DNA of 55,610 bases from Octopus bimaculoides (lineage: Eukaryota). The position numbers were made by a program, and so were the translations under genes. Where the stretch lies: positions 41,577,305 through 41,632,914 of the forward strand of contig NC_068999.1 in NCBI RefSeq assembly GCF_001194135.2. Reading direction: 5' to 3'. Shown here piece after piece: positions 1 through 12,670 of the stretch (positions are counted from its first letter, which is position 1; the number at the start of each line of letters is the position of its first letter). Under the pieces are notes generated by a model that saw nothing but the letters and a program-made list of their open reading frames with translations, did no database searches and was not told the DNA's origin.

Positions 1-86
1 AGATAGAACTAGATAGATAGATAGATAGACAGATAGAACTAGATAGATAGATAGATAGACAGATAGAACTAGATAGATAGATAGAC

Positions 87-164
<78 letters not shown>

Positions 165-165
165 G
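1..165. repeat. (AGAT)n array with a 30-bp higher-order unit at its start
   Basis: agatagaactagatagatagatagatagac at 1-30 and 31-60, and partially from 61. Confidence 0.95.
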
Positions 166-425
166 GGTGGTTGTGAAGACATATTAACAGATACGAGAAA
201 ATGAATAGCAGATAGGGGCCGAGGAGGAAAGAGGAAATAATGAAAACTATGCGGACAGAAGAGATCCAGGAATAAACTGATTGGAATTAGGGGTGAGAAA
301 TAGGGAACGGTTGAAGGGGAGAGGCAGAGAGAGAATGAGAAAGGGATAGAGAGACAGATACAGGCAAAGAAAGAGAAGCAGGAATTGGAAAAGAGAGAGA
401 CAGAAACATAGAGAGATGGAAGGAG

Positions 426-474
<49 letters not shown>

Positions 475-978
475 AAGAGATGACTGATAGATTTAATCCG
501 TCACACGGTTTTCGTACGACCACTTTAGCTCTGAGATGCCTTTGGTAAAGTTTATTGTTGCACGCTTTAGTGTTTAAGTCTCTGATTTTGAAGATAACAC
601 TGACACACACACACAACTTGCCCTGGGGTCACATCTGGTGATTGATTGATTAAAAGAGAGAGAGAGAGAGAAGTGGGTGGAAAGATACACAGAGCGAAAG
701 AAGATTAAATAGGGTTAAGAATATAAAGACAAAGAATGATAATCCATAACAGAAAGACAAAGAGACAGGCAGACAGCCATAAAGAGAGAGGGGGGAGGGG
801 CAAAAAGCGGCAAGTCCGCGCGAAGGTTGGAATAGGCCTGGAGCAGATCGATGATGTAGACCCTACAGACGTATCAGGAAATCTGTCAAAACAGCTTATT
901 GAATATTTTACAAATCAGTGCTTAATACATGATCTGTGTAGACCTGATGTACTTGTCACAGAACTGAACCATTATTGT

Positions 979-1017
<39 letters not shown>

Positions 1018-1026
1018 CTAGCTAGC

Positions 1027-1091
<65 letters not shown>

Positions 1092-1337
1092 GGAACAACA
1101 ATAATAATAAGCTANNNNNNNNNNAATAATAATAAGCTAAAAATATCGTAATTTTTCACCAAAGGTTTCTGCTCTTTCCGCGAACAGGTGTCGTTACCCC
1201 CTTCACATTCGCAGCCCTCAAATTACAGTCCCGTACTCATCTGATCTGTGGATCTGTGCCCCACGTCTTTTTCTGTTGCTGGTGGAGTAATGGGAGTGGA
1301 GGAAGAGAGAGTAAGCCGTAAAGGGAAGGAGGGAGAG

Positions 1338-1388
<51 letters not shown>

Positions 1389-2252
1389 GAAAGAGAACGA
1401 TGGGAGAAATAGAGAAGACAGAGAGAAAGATAGACAAAAAGAAAGACGAAGAAAACAAAAAGCACAGAAATACGAAAAGAGAAAAAGTCAAAGACTGAAA
1501 GAGAAAGATAAAGACGAAAACGGAAAGGAAGGAGAAAACCTGCGGAAAAAAGGAGAGAAAAAAAGAAAGAAAGAAAGAAAGCTTAAGATGAACGAAAGTA
1601 AAAGTAAAGTCGCGAGAGGAATGGTGCGAGGTGAAATAAGAGAGTAAGGCGATGGGAAAAGGGAGAGAAAAGGAATAATGGTGGTAGGAGGAAGGGGAGG
1701 AGAGAAGTTGAAAGAACGCAGAGCAGAGAGAGTGGGGGGGCGTTAGTGTTGTTGTAGTTGGTTGTAAGCGATGACAGTTGTTGGACGGGAACTAACGATG
1801 ACAGAAGAAAGTCGGTGACAGCAAGGATGAAATAATTGAAAAAAGGAAGGAAGGAAGGAAGAAATTGAAGGTAAGGAAACAACAACAAAAAAAGACAAAA
1901 AGAAAGAGCAAGGTGCGATGACAAACTGAGGTAATGGTGTGTGTGTAATTATATATACGTGTATATACATATCTATATGTAAGGACGACCGTCGGTGGAT
2001 TGATAAGAATGAATGAAACGAGTGGATTATGAGCGGGATTAGACACATACATACACGTATACATATGTATACCTATTCGTATGTGTGTAGTGTGAAGTGC
2101 TCCAGCATGGTCTTGGCAATGGTTTTTAACATGAACTAAATAACGTTTATGAGTATAAGCACACGGAAACGTACGTAGATAGATAGATAGACACATAGAT
2201 AGATAGACACATAGATAGATAGACGCGTATGTATATTTATTTATATATATTC

Positions 2253-2296
<44 letters not shown>

Positions 2297-2576
2297 GTAT
2301 ATGTGTGTACGTATATATGTGTGAGAGATAATTTCTATTGCGGTTTGTATAATCAAGCGTAAGATTTGATAAATATACGTGGATATATGTGTATGTATAC
2401 ATGTATATCTATATGTATGTCAATGTGTGTGTCTATGTGTATCTCAGAGTACATATCAATATAAGATCAGAGTATTAATGATAATAGTCTTTCTGTACGC
2501 ACAGAATCACTGTATATTATTTTTATAATTATATAACATATCGTACACATATATGTGGTCGCGCGCGTGTGTGTGC

Positions 2577-2632
<56 letters not shown>

Positions 2633-2929
2633 AATGTGGACGTGGTGGCTTGTGTATATCTTCTCATACATTGTAGTATATATACGTGATTGTTTTTAAA
2701 TGAATGTACGTTGGGGTAAGGATTTGTGAATGTATTTACATACATCATGTCTGTGTGTAAGAACCTATGGAAGTGTTTATCAGGCGATGGATTAGCAGAC
2801 TCGTTAGAGCGTCGTACTTTAGTGATTGTCCTTTACATTTGTGAGTTCAAATCCAGTCGAGGTTCAGTTTGCTTTCCAACCTTCCGGTGTCGAATGAGAT
2901 AGTAGTAAAAGCTGCTGCCGACGATATCA

Positions 2930-2961
<32 letters not shown>

Positions 2962-3280
2962 ATGCATCCAGGATGTGAATGAAATTATACGAGAAGACAA
3001 TATTTTATGTGTGACTTACGTAGAAAGATGTAGTGTCGTACACACGAATACCTTTGTCCGTATGTGAATGTATAAATGTGTAGATATGTATAACTGTGTG
3101 TATACTGCCAGTCTATGTATATGAATATGTGTGCGAGTGTGTGTATGTAACTTAATGTGTATCCAAATGTGTACAATAGGCTTATTGTGTTTATATCACA
3201 TTGTCTTTGTGCGTGCATCATTGTATTGTTCAAGTCATGCATGTGTCGATTTTTAATACATAGAAAGTGTGGAAAGGAAC

Positions 3281-3345
3281 GGAGGGGGCGGGGGTCTGCG
3301 CTTGCGCGCACGCGTTTTCTTGCAATTGTCATTTTGCACTTCGCG
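3281..3345. promoter_or_regulatory. Candidate CpG-rich promoter element: GC box plus GCGC-rich NRF1-like motif
   Basis: GGGGCGGGG at 3285-3293 followed by tgcgcttgcgcgcacgcg; lies at the edge of a CpG-retaining region. Confidence 0.35.
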
Positions 3346-3524
3346 TAACTACGTTATTCTCTCTCCTTGACCGCTGTCTTTCGTTACATATTTGCAAAGA
3401 GCTACTTTTTTTCTGCGTGAACTCATTTTATATACATATTGCTCTTTTCCAAGCCCACATACATACATACATACATACGTGCGTGCCGCTTTCTCTCTCT
3501 CTTTCTCTCATATATACACATGTA

Positions 3525-3611
<87 letters not shown>

Positions 3612-3612
3612 A

Positions 3613-3775
3613 CTTTTACTAGTTTCAGTCATTTGACTGCGATCATGCTGGAGCACTGCCTCTAGTCGAACAAACCAACCCCAGAACATACTTTGTAACC
3701 CTAGCACTAATTCTAACGGTCTCTTTTGCCGTACCGCTAAACACACCAACATCGGATGTCAAGCGATGGGGTGGG

Positions 3776-3806
<31 letters not shown>

Positions 3807-3809
3807 CAT

Positions 3810-3870
<61 letters not shown>

Positions 3871-4030
3871 TGGGCTTCTTTCAGTTTCCGTCTACCAAAT
3901 CCACTCACAAGGCTTTGGTCGGCCCGAGACTATAGTAGACGACACTTAGCCAAGATGCCACGCAGTGGGACTGAACCCGGAATCATGTGGTTGGGAAGCA
4001 AGTGTCTTGCCACACAGCCACTCCTGCGCA
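3613..4030 (-). mobile_element. Composite SINE A+B
   Basis: Reverse complement of the same architecture; hinge (CA)n(TA)n(CA)n at ~3785-3868. Confidence 0.8.
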
Positions 4031-4809
4031 CAGGAATTGAATGCACCACCCTAAGCTCTCAGCACCTCTTTATCAAATGGCATCATCATCATTTAACGTC
4101 CGTGTTCCATGCTGGCATGGGTGGGACAGCTTCCCAAGAGCCGACCAGGCAGAAGCTGGCACCAGACTTCTTTGACTGTTTTGGTTGGAGGCCCTTCCTA
4201 AGACCAATCACCCGGCAGAGTGGACTTGGTGCTTTTTACATGGCACAAGCACAGGCAAGGTCAGTTTTGGCAAGGTTTTTACAGCTGGATGCCTTTCCAA
4301 ACACCAACCACTTTACAGTGTGGACTGGGTACTTTTAAGTGGCACCTGCACTGACAGGGTCACCAAGTACTTACAAGAGAAAAAAAATACGTTTAAAATA
4401 TAGAGGGGAAAAGGGATTTTGGCAGGATGTGAACTGAGTACAGACAGTTGAATCAAATGTCAGAAAATCATTCCAGCCAATGCTTTATTAAATCTGCCAA
4501 TTCACTTAATCTAAAAACTGGAATACACTTGGTTGGTATATCATCGTTTTACATCTGCCTCCCTTGCTGGCATGGGTTAGAGAGATTAAGATCTGAATCA
4601 GTTCTTACTTGATGGACCAGAAACTCCTCTTGCTCTGGTATATTCCATTTATATATACTGATAAAAACACACACACACACACGGAGGTGCTGAACAGTTC
4701 CTGGTTTTGGGTAAAAGAAAATCCAGGAGGATCAGTTAATTATGATTTTACTCAACATATTCCCCTCTCAGATTCACACACTTATTGCAGTGGTCCTTCA
4801 GTTTTTCTA

Positions 4810-5173
4810 AGTGTTTTAAATCCGGATTTTGCCCTCGTTAATGGAGGGTGGCTGGATCTACCTCAATACCACAGCAACCACCCTCACATACTTTGTAAAC
4901 AAGAAGAGCATACGACTTAATACGTATTGTAGTTTAACACACACACCTTGCTCAGTTTTGGGCGTCCTCCCTTCTCAAGCCAACCTGTCCCCTCCACACA
5001 TACCCATACCACGTCACTCCATTTTCCCTTACCAGCCATTCCACTGCATCCTCCAACCCCAACATTCCCATGAAGTCCTCAGTCCTCCTCTTATCAAACA
5101 ATTTCACTCCAAACTGCCATCTCTTTCTCCCCCTCAAACACCATGTCTCACTCCCAAACAGCACTCACACAAC
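4810..5173 (-). mobile_element. RTE-clade LINE 3' relic
   Basis: LFGSETW...D+R...+LG+...V...R..G..WYGYV.R motif typical of the RTE ORF C-terminus, followed by an RTE-like 3' end. Confidence 0.7.
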
Positions 5174-5319
5174 TTTTTTTTTCCAGCTCCTCACATATAT
5201 ATATATATAAGATAGATAGATAGATAACAACTAAAGCTTTGGTTGCTATTTGAGCTTCATGCTCTGCGATTGTTCTGCTGATTCACAGAATGGTAAAACT
5301 TGAGTAACAGCCAAATCCT

Positions 5320-5357
<38 letters not shown>

Positions 5358-5907
5358 ATGCAGGTATGTTCGCACAAGAATTAATAAGGCTATATACACA
5401 CACACACATACATATACACACACATGCATGCACACACATATATATACACACACACATATATATATATGGATATTTTATAATTCGTAGAAAGTTAAAAATA
5501 AAGTTTATATTCTCATACATTGAGTTGTATTTTTTTTTTTTTGTTCTAAACTCACACACACATCTTTAATTAGCAGAAAGTTAAAATAGAACTCAATACA
5601 AGAATTTTTACGCTTTACCATTTCCACTGATTGTTCTACCAAACCCATGTAAGTGTGTGTGTGTGTGTGTGTATTAAACTACAATACGTATTAAGTCTTA
5701 TGCTCTTCTTGTTTACAAACTGTAACACAGAGTGTGTGTGTGTGTGTGTGTATGTTGTATGTGTGTGTGGGGGGGGACATGTTCAAAAATGTAGTGAACA
5801 CCAACATATTTGAATCAACAATCCAAATTATTTTAATTGAAATTACAATATGTGATGAAAGCAAATTATTTTTTCAAATGAGTAATATATAATGAGTATA
5901 TATATAT

Positions 5908-6063
5908 ACGACGGGCTTCTTTCAGTTTCTGTCTATCAAATCCACTCACATGGCTTTGGTCAGCCCGAGACTATAGTAGAAGACACTTGTCCCAGGTGCC
6001 ATGCAGTGTGACTGAACCCAGAAGAACCACGAGGTTGGGAAGCAAGCTTCTTACCACACAGCC
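5908..6063 (-). mobile_element. SINE module A
   Basis: Matches the module A consensus. Confidence 0.75.
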
Positions 6064-6778
6064 AAAATGCTGAATCAAATACATTTGTTAATAGAAATAC
6101 AAGGATCTTGTCTACAATCACCAATATAGACACACCTAAGTACATGCATTCAACTAAATAATTAGAAGCATCCAAATAAAACACTGTATTTGATGACATA
6201 GTGCTGCATATTTGGGGGAAAAAAGCTTTTAGTGCATTAAAGCATGTTATATTTAAGGTAACTTCACATAATAATCAACATGGCTGTGTGAGATGGTCTG
6301 TAATATATTATATCAAAAATACAACCATGATTATACACCAAGAATAGTTAACCACAAAAACTAGACAACGTGGAATAATAAGATACCAAAACCATACAAC
6401 TGAAATTAAACTCAACATCAAAGAACTGGATAAAGAAATAAGAGAAATTTGAAAGGAAGAGAAATTTTGTAAATATTTGCATCTAACATAAACACCAAAA
6501 CAAGCAGTAAAAAAAACAATATAGAGTAATTAGTATCAGCAACAACATCTGTTATAGCACACTTGATGTTACAATAATAAACCCAAACTATAATGCCAAA
6601 TGAACATTAAACATTTGTTTAAAAGCACCTGCTAAAAACCAGACAGAATGAAAAAATATCTAAACATCTTTCTTCCATCAAATACAAAAAAAAAAAAAAT
6701 GGAAATGTAAGAATTTGAAAGCCTCAAAGCACCTAAAACCAGTGGCAGACTGGGTCCAAAAATATTGGTTGCCAGGAG

Positions 6779-6952
6779 ACTTGACAACCGATGTTGGTGT
6801 GTTTACGTCCCCGTAAGTTAGCGATTCAGCAAAAGAGACCGATAGAATAAGTACTGGGCTTACAAAGAATAAGTCCTGGGATCGATTTCCTTGACTAAGA
6901 CCGTTTAAGGCAGTGCTCCTGCATGGCCACAGTCAAATAACTGAAACAAGTA
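6779..6952 (+). mobile_element. SINE tail module B, solo
   Basis: Near-identical to 10245-10415. Confidence 0.75.
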
Positions 6953-7299
6953 CATCTACTTACCAATCAAATGAGTCTTATTTTTTTTTTCGTAGTATTT
7001 AAATGTACCTATTCATAGATAACTATCTTTTTATTTATCTATATCTAACAATCGATTTATCTACCTGCAACTACAATGCTATCATTTAATTCTTTTTTTG
7101 TTAAAAGTATTCTTTTCAACTGTCTACAAACACATCCAAGCTGAAATAATGCATTCTTCCAGGAGTGAATAAAAAATTCTCAAACTTGAGAGGATGGGCC
7201 CCCATATAGATTCTAATGGCACAGGGGCCCACTTGCCATCAGGCAAGCTGGCAACCTAGCCAGTCTGCCACTGCCTAAAACCTTTTGGGGCCTAAAGGA

Positions 7300-7740
7300 A
7301 TCCCTGCACCCACCAACATCCACAACTACCTCCACCAAGAAGGTACCAGTAAGCTTCTTTACAACCTTGTTTTGAAGGGGGTTTGAAGATTTCCTGTTCC
7401 TAGATTGAGTTCAAATAATCTTCAAGATAAGATGTTATAAGTTAATCAATGCTCCATGCCTGACTTTCAGTATTGGTCTATTCCTTCTGTAAGTCTCAGA
7501 ATCTGGAACCTGGGCAAAATTATAATATTTCTAAAACCTAACGAAACCCCAAGTGAAGTAACATTATACAGCCACATCACCTTGCTATTCGGGTTGATCA
7601 CTAATCTGCAAACCCTTCACACCTCATAACATAACAACAAGGATTCAGATAAGTTCACTCAACCACCGTGTCATTCACAAACCTCACATGGAGAATACAC
7701 TATAGCTTCAGCAAGGTTCTCCACTTCATTTCTTATTATC
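7300..7740 (-). mobile_element. LINE reverse-transcriptase relic
   Basis: Minus strand RFVNDT (decayed FADD-like motif, 7666-7684) followed by LVINPNSKVM (7575-7601); many stops. Confidence 0.5.
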
Positions 7741-8555
7741 CATTAACACGAAAAATACTCAACATTACCATAACCCTCATTGCACTGATTAAATGTTTGA
7801 TGGTGATGTAATATGTAAATCAGCTCTCGCAATCTCTTTCTATTGGCCTGTGAAAATAAAATGTGCATACTATATCATTTGAAATGTGGAGAAGTCTGGA
7901 AAATACCCCACAGTTGAAAGCAAATTAACTCGGTTCCTGTGTACCCAATGCATAGAACATAGTATATTTGGTTCCCATAGAATAAGTATTAAGAACACCA
8001 CAAACTGCTGCTAAGCAAACTACCTGTCAGGCCACAAGAGCCTTTGTATCGTACAAGAACACCACTTTCAGACCCTGCAGTTTCCAGAATGGAGTACCAC
8101 AAGGATCCATCCTCTCACCTACTCTCTTTGACCTATACCAACATGACTTTTAGTGTTTTATTCCCTTTATGGTTTGTGTTTATAATTTCAAGAAGCCATG
8201 TACAACCTTCTCTAGGAACAGCGGTATTTTATTTATCTAGTTAGCTTTGTTGTTGTATTGATAGTGTCCAATGACCCTGTGAGAGGCAGAGAAAGAGAGA
8301 AAGAGAGAGAGAGAGAGAAAGAGAGAGAAAGAGAGAGAGAAAGAAAGATAGAGAGAGAGAAAGAGAGAGAGAGAGAGAAGCAATATTACTCGGGAGCAAG
8401 TAATATTTCATACATGTGTTTTATCATGTGGCCCTCTCCCACTTCGAAATGGTACTATGTGGCCCCCAGTTGAGGAAAAATTGCCCATCCCTGCTCTAGA
8501 CTGACTAACTAGACAGACAGACACACACAAGCACACACACACACAGGTTCAGTCT

Positions 8556-8942
8556 TGGCTGTGTGGTTAAGCTTGCTTCCCAACCGTATGCTTTTGGGTT
8601 CAGTCTCACTGTGCAAACACATTGAGCAAGTGTCTTCTACTACAGCCCCAGACGTACCAAACCACATGGGAGAGGATTTGCTGGATGGAAACTGAAAGAA
8701 ACTTGCTGAGTATGTTTGTACTCTTGTCTTGAAAATGTTGTAAGTGATCATATCCATCATTCAAGTGCTGTTACTTATTTCCTGTTTTCTGTAAGAAAAA
8801 AAGAAATGTTTAGCCATGAGGAAATATTACCTCGCTTGGCAACAGGTGAAGGTTGACAACAGGAAGGGCGTCTGGCTGTAGAAAATCTACCTCAAATTCC
8901 GTCTGACCCATGCAGGCATGGAAAAGTGGACGTTAAGACGAT
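8556..8942 (+). mobile_element. Composite SINE A + RTE-like tail (E2)
   Basis: Module A followed by aggaagggcgtctggctgtagaaaatctacc...gcatggaaaagtggacgttaa. Confidence 0.65.
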
Positions 8943-9421
8943 AAAATACATCATTGATATACTCACATACGATCTTACATAATTAACACAGAACTACATT
9001 GTAGCAGCGCCTTAATTGTCTCAAGGTTATTGATGAAGATACGACATGAATGAAAAGATGACGACATATTGCGTGAATATGTGTATAGTCCACCGTGTGT
9101 GTTTATTTGCATTGAGCGTGTGTAAATGTGTACGTGTTAGTGTTAATTATAAAAGTATGTGCTGCGTGTTTTTGGTTTGTTTTTTGTTTTTTTTTTATCC
9201 TGTCAAATATCTATGTGTGAGTGTTACTTTGTATTGTGTGTGTGTTTGCGACATGTGTTTATTTGTGAAAGATAATGTATGTACGATTCTGATGTATGTC
9301 AAAGAGCGAAAGTGTGCGTACGTGAGAGAGACTGTGTGCGCGTGTGTTACTGTTTCTTTTTTTTTTTTTTTTCGGAAATCACAGTAAAAGTTGCTATCAA
9401 TCAAATGTCGCCGCGCAAACT

Positions 9422-9433
9422 GATGACGTCATC
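9422..9433. promoter_or_regulatory. Perfect CRE palindrome GATGACGTCATC
   Basis: TGACGTCA at 9424-9431, extended to a 12-bp palindrome, in non-repetitive CpG-rich sequence. Confidence 0.4.
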
Positions 9434-10016
9434 GAGTCTCGATTTTTCTTTTTGTTTTTTCGCCTCCTCCTCCTGCCACCTGCATATTCTATAACCGATG
9501 CAACAGTTGGATTGAAACGATAGAGAGAGTAGGAGATAAACAGCAAGAGCGAGAGAGTAGGAGGTAGATTGTTAGGGGGAGAGAGAGAGAGACAGACAGA
9601 TAAAGAGAGAGAGAGAAAGAGTATTGAAGAGAAAAATGAGGGAAAATGTTACGGTTTGGAATAAATTTTTGTAAATACATGTTATATGCAGAAAAGAGCA
9701 ATGAAAGCCACAACATTGTTGAATAAATACTGAAGTAATTTTATTTACGATTTCCGAGTGTGAACTATATCAGAGATTACGAGTGAAGGTTTATGTGAGT
9801 GAGAGAGACAGATAATGCGAGAAGGAAACTGAAAGAAGCCCGTCATGTATATATATATACATATATATATATGTGTATTTCGTGTGCAAGAGTACAATGA
9901 AATAATTTAACAAAAACTATATAAATTAATAAAGGACTGAACCAGTGCGTGTGTTTATTACCGGCATAATGCCTCTCCCAAGGTTTAATTATATGTGTGT
10001 GTGTGTGTGTGTGTGT

Positions 10017-10202
10017 GAGAATGTACGAAAAAAAACAACAGTCGAGGACAGGTGGTGTAAACAACAAAAGGATGTATTAGTTTGGCGCTCGGGAATACAG
10101 AAAGTCTTTAACGTTTCGGGCTACGCTCTTCAACAGAAAGAATACGGAGAAAACAAGGAGAAAAACACGGAGAAAAAAACTGAATGGTGTTTGGTCAACG
10201 GG
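10017..10202 (-). mobile_element. Family F1 Penelope-like repeat, full length
   Basis: Reverse complement aligns end to end with 55243-55430. Confidence 0.65.
10105..10141 (-). ncRNA. Minimal hammerhead-like motif (second copy of the CUGUUGA variant)
   Basis: Minus strand UCUUU-CUGUUGA-A-GAGC(gua)GCCC-GAAAC-GUU-AAAGA; one stem II mismatch. Confidence 0.55.
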
Positions 10203-10221
10203 ATATATATATATATTTGTG

Positions 10222-10415
10222 TGTTTGTCACAGCCACCATCGCTTGACAACCGATGTTGGTGTGTTTACGTCCCCGTAAGTTAGCGATTCAGCAAAAGAG
10301 ACCGATAGAATAAGTACTGGGCTTACAAAGAATAAGTCCTGGGATCGATTTCCTTGACTAAAACCGTTTAAGGTGGTGCTCCTGCATGGCCACAGTCAAA
10401 TAACTGAAACAAGTA
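10222..10415 (+). mobile_element. SINE tail module B
   Basis: Matches the B consensus. Confidence 0.75.
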
Positions 10416-11708
10416 TATCTACTTTATTTCATTAATTAGCCATATAGGCTTTACACAGAATGGCTGTAGCTAGGGCTGGACAAAGACAAAATGTCGAATG
10501 AAAGGATGATACATATGAAAAATGAGAGGGGCGCCGACGCCCACAGATCAGCAACCCCTCGAATACATTTGTTCAAGATAAATAAATATATTTATAATCA
10601 CATTCATAGATAAAAATCTTTTTATTTATCTATATCTAACAATCGATTTATCTACCTACAAATCTATCCGTCTCTCTTTCTCTCTCTCAGAAATTACTTT
10701 TAAACTGCATCGTATCGATGATCTTGAAACAAATATCTGAATTTAGCCAGCTATCTAACGTCCTTTTGTTTTTTGGTTTTCAATCTCGAATTCTCTTCCT
10801 CATTTACACATAATTTTCTCTCTATGACCCTCATACTATCTTCTCTCTCTCTCTCTCTTGTACCCATCTCCCCTATTTCTGCAACAAGACGTTTTTATTT
10901 TAATTCAGTTATAAACTTCATTGAACAGAGTAGTATACCATTTAATTACAGAGACAATTTCTCCATTCATTCTTTATACACACACACAGTTTTTTCCTTT
11001 TTCTCCATCTCTCTGGCTTATATAGATCTATTTATTTGCCTGACAAGACAAATGTTTTGAAATACTGTTTAGGATTCAGTGAAGAATCGTTAACCAAATT
11101 TTGGCAAAATATCAAATGCTACAGAATAAACATCCCGAGGTGATGAACTTTTAAGTGATAATGCACGAGGGGAGTGATAATTTTTAAACAAGGGTTTAGG
11201 GTGAGGTCAGACAACTGACGCAGCATCATTATCACCAATATCGATATATATACCACCACCATCATTCATATCAACTACCCACCACCACTACTATCAATAA
11301 AAGGAACTTCCACGCGGTCGTTCGCCGTGCTACACATAAAAGATAAATGTCCCTCAAAACACAGCCTACCGTCTTAAATACGCCTATATTAGAATGTAAC
11401 CCTTGATACAGAGGAAGATGAGATAATCACAGTTGAAACATTTTTGGTCTTGGGGATGAACAACGGCATATTTTGAAATTGTTGTAGTGTTAGATACAGT
11501 AAGAGTTTCACAACTAGCATCAAAGAGGAAGTAGGGATCTTTTTCGTTTTCTTCCAACTACTTGTAGAATTTTCAATTCTCAATAGACTTTTTTTTTTTT
11601 CAAATTCTCCGCGACGAATATCGCGGTCACTTTTTTCGTAACATTAAGAAGTTAGAAGTATTCAAAGTTACGTATTTTTTAGCCAATGAAACAAGCCGTG
11701 TCCTCGCA

Positions 11709-12277
11709 NNNNNNNNNNNNNNNNNNNNNNNNNNNNNNNNNNNNNNNNNNNNNNNNNNNNNNNNNNNNNNNNNNNNNNNNNNNNNNNNNNNNNNNNNNNN
11801 NNNNNNNNNNNNNNNNNNNNNNNNNNNNNNNNNNNNNNNNNNNNNNNNNNNNNNNNNNNNNNNNNNNNNNNNNNNNNNNNNNNNNNNNNNNNNNNNNNNN
11901 NNNNNNNNNNNNNNNNNNNNNNNNNNNNNNNNNNNNNNNNNNNNNNNNNNNNNNNNNNNNNNNNNNNNNNNNNNNNNNNNNNNNNNNNNNNNNNNNNNNN
12001 NNNNNNNNNNNNNNNNNNNNNNNNNNNNNNNNNNNNNNNNNNNNNNNNNNNNNNNNNNNNNNNNNNNNNNNNNNNNNNNNNNNNNNNNNNNNNNNNNNNN
12101 NNNNNNNNNNNNNNNNNNNNNNNNNNNNNNNNNNNNNNNNNNNNNNNNNNNNNNNNNNNNNNNNNNNNNNNNNNNNNNNNNNNNNNNNNNNNNNNNNNNN
12201 NNNNNNNNNNNNNNNNNNNNNNNNNNNNNNNNNNNNNNNNNNNNNNNNNNNNNNNNNNNNNNNNNNNNNNNNNNNNN
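11709..12277. other. Assembly gap. Other large gaps: 13696-14026, 18128-18725, 22737-23321, 25943-26217, 31964-32267, 35022-35222, 38263-38809, 43458-44018, 50943-51345, 52194-52859
   Basis: N runs. Confidence 1.
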
Positions 12278-12670
12278 TATTTTCTGGATTATTGTCTTTT
12301 GAGCCTTGCAATCGATTAAGTCTTCGATCGTCACGAGGCGTCTTTTTCTTAAACGTGTATTAGCAGCTGTAAATGCCTGGATTTGAACAAGAAACATAGA
12401 TATGTCACAATTTTGAATTGGGGGTGGGGGGAATCATGGAGAAAATTGTTGCATTTGTTTTAAATTCCATGATAATAAGTAATTAATTTAAGCAAGTCTC
12501 TTAAGAATGCTGAAGTTGTACACAATGGCATCACAACTCACACCACCATCTTGAGTAGAATACGACACAAGCATCTTATGGCTAAAAATAGCTTATTGTC
12601 ATATTTTGCATTCTAGTATAAGACTATCTTTCCACAATTTTGACCCTGATGTTTTTGTGTTAAATTACTG

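Noticed and set aside
3267-3665. ORFs rich in CV/HT/YI/LS dipeptides, here and throughout the window
   Set aside because: They are translations of (GT)n, (CA)n, (TA)n and (CT)n microsatellites.
6200-6700. A-rich stretch resembling a decayed LINE C-terminus
   Set aside because: No motif could be recognised with confidence.
11389-11700. Possible transposase fragment and ccgcga/tcgcgg hairpin beside the gap
   Set aside because: All frames are interrupted, no family was recognised and the context is hidden by the gap.
11627-12397. Long ORFs containing X runs (also at 18, 23, 32, 38, 43, 51 and 52 kb)
   Set aside because: They are open only because they cross N gaps.
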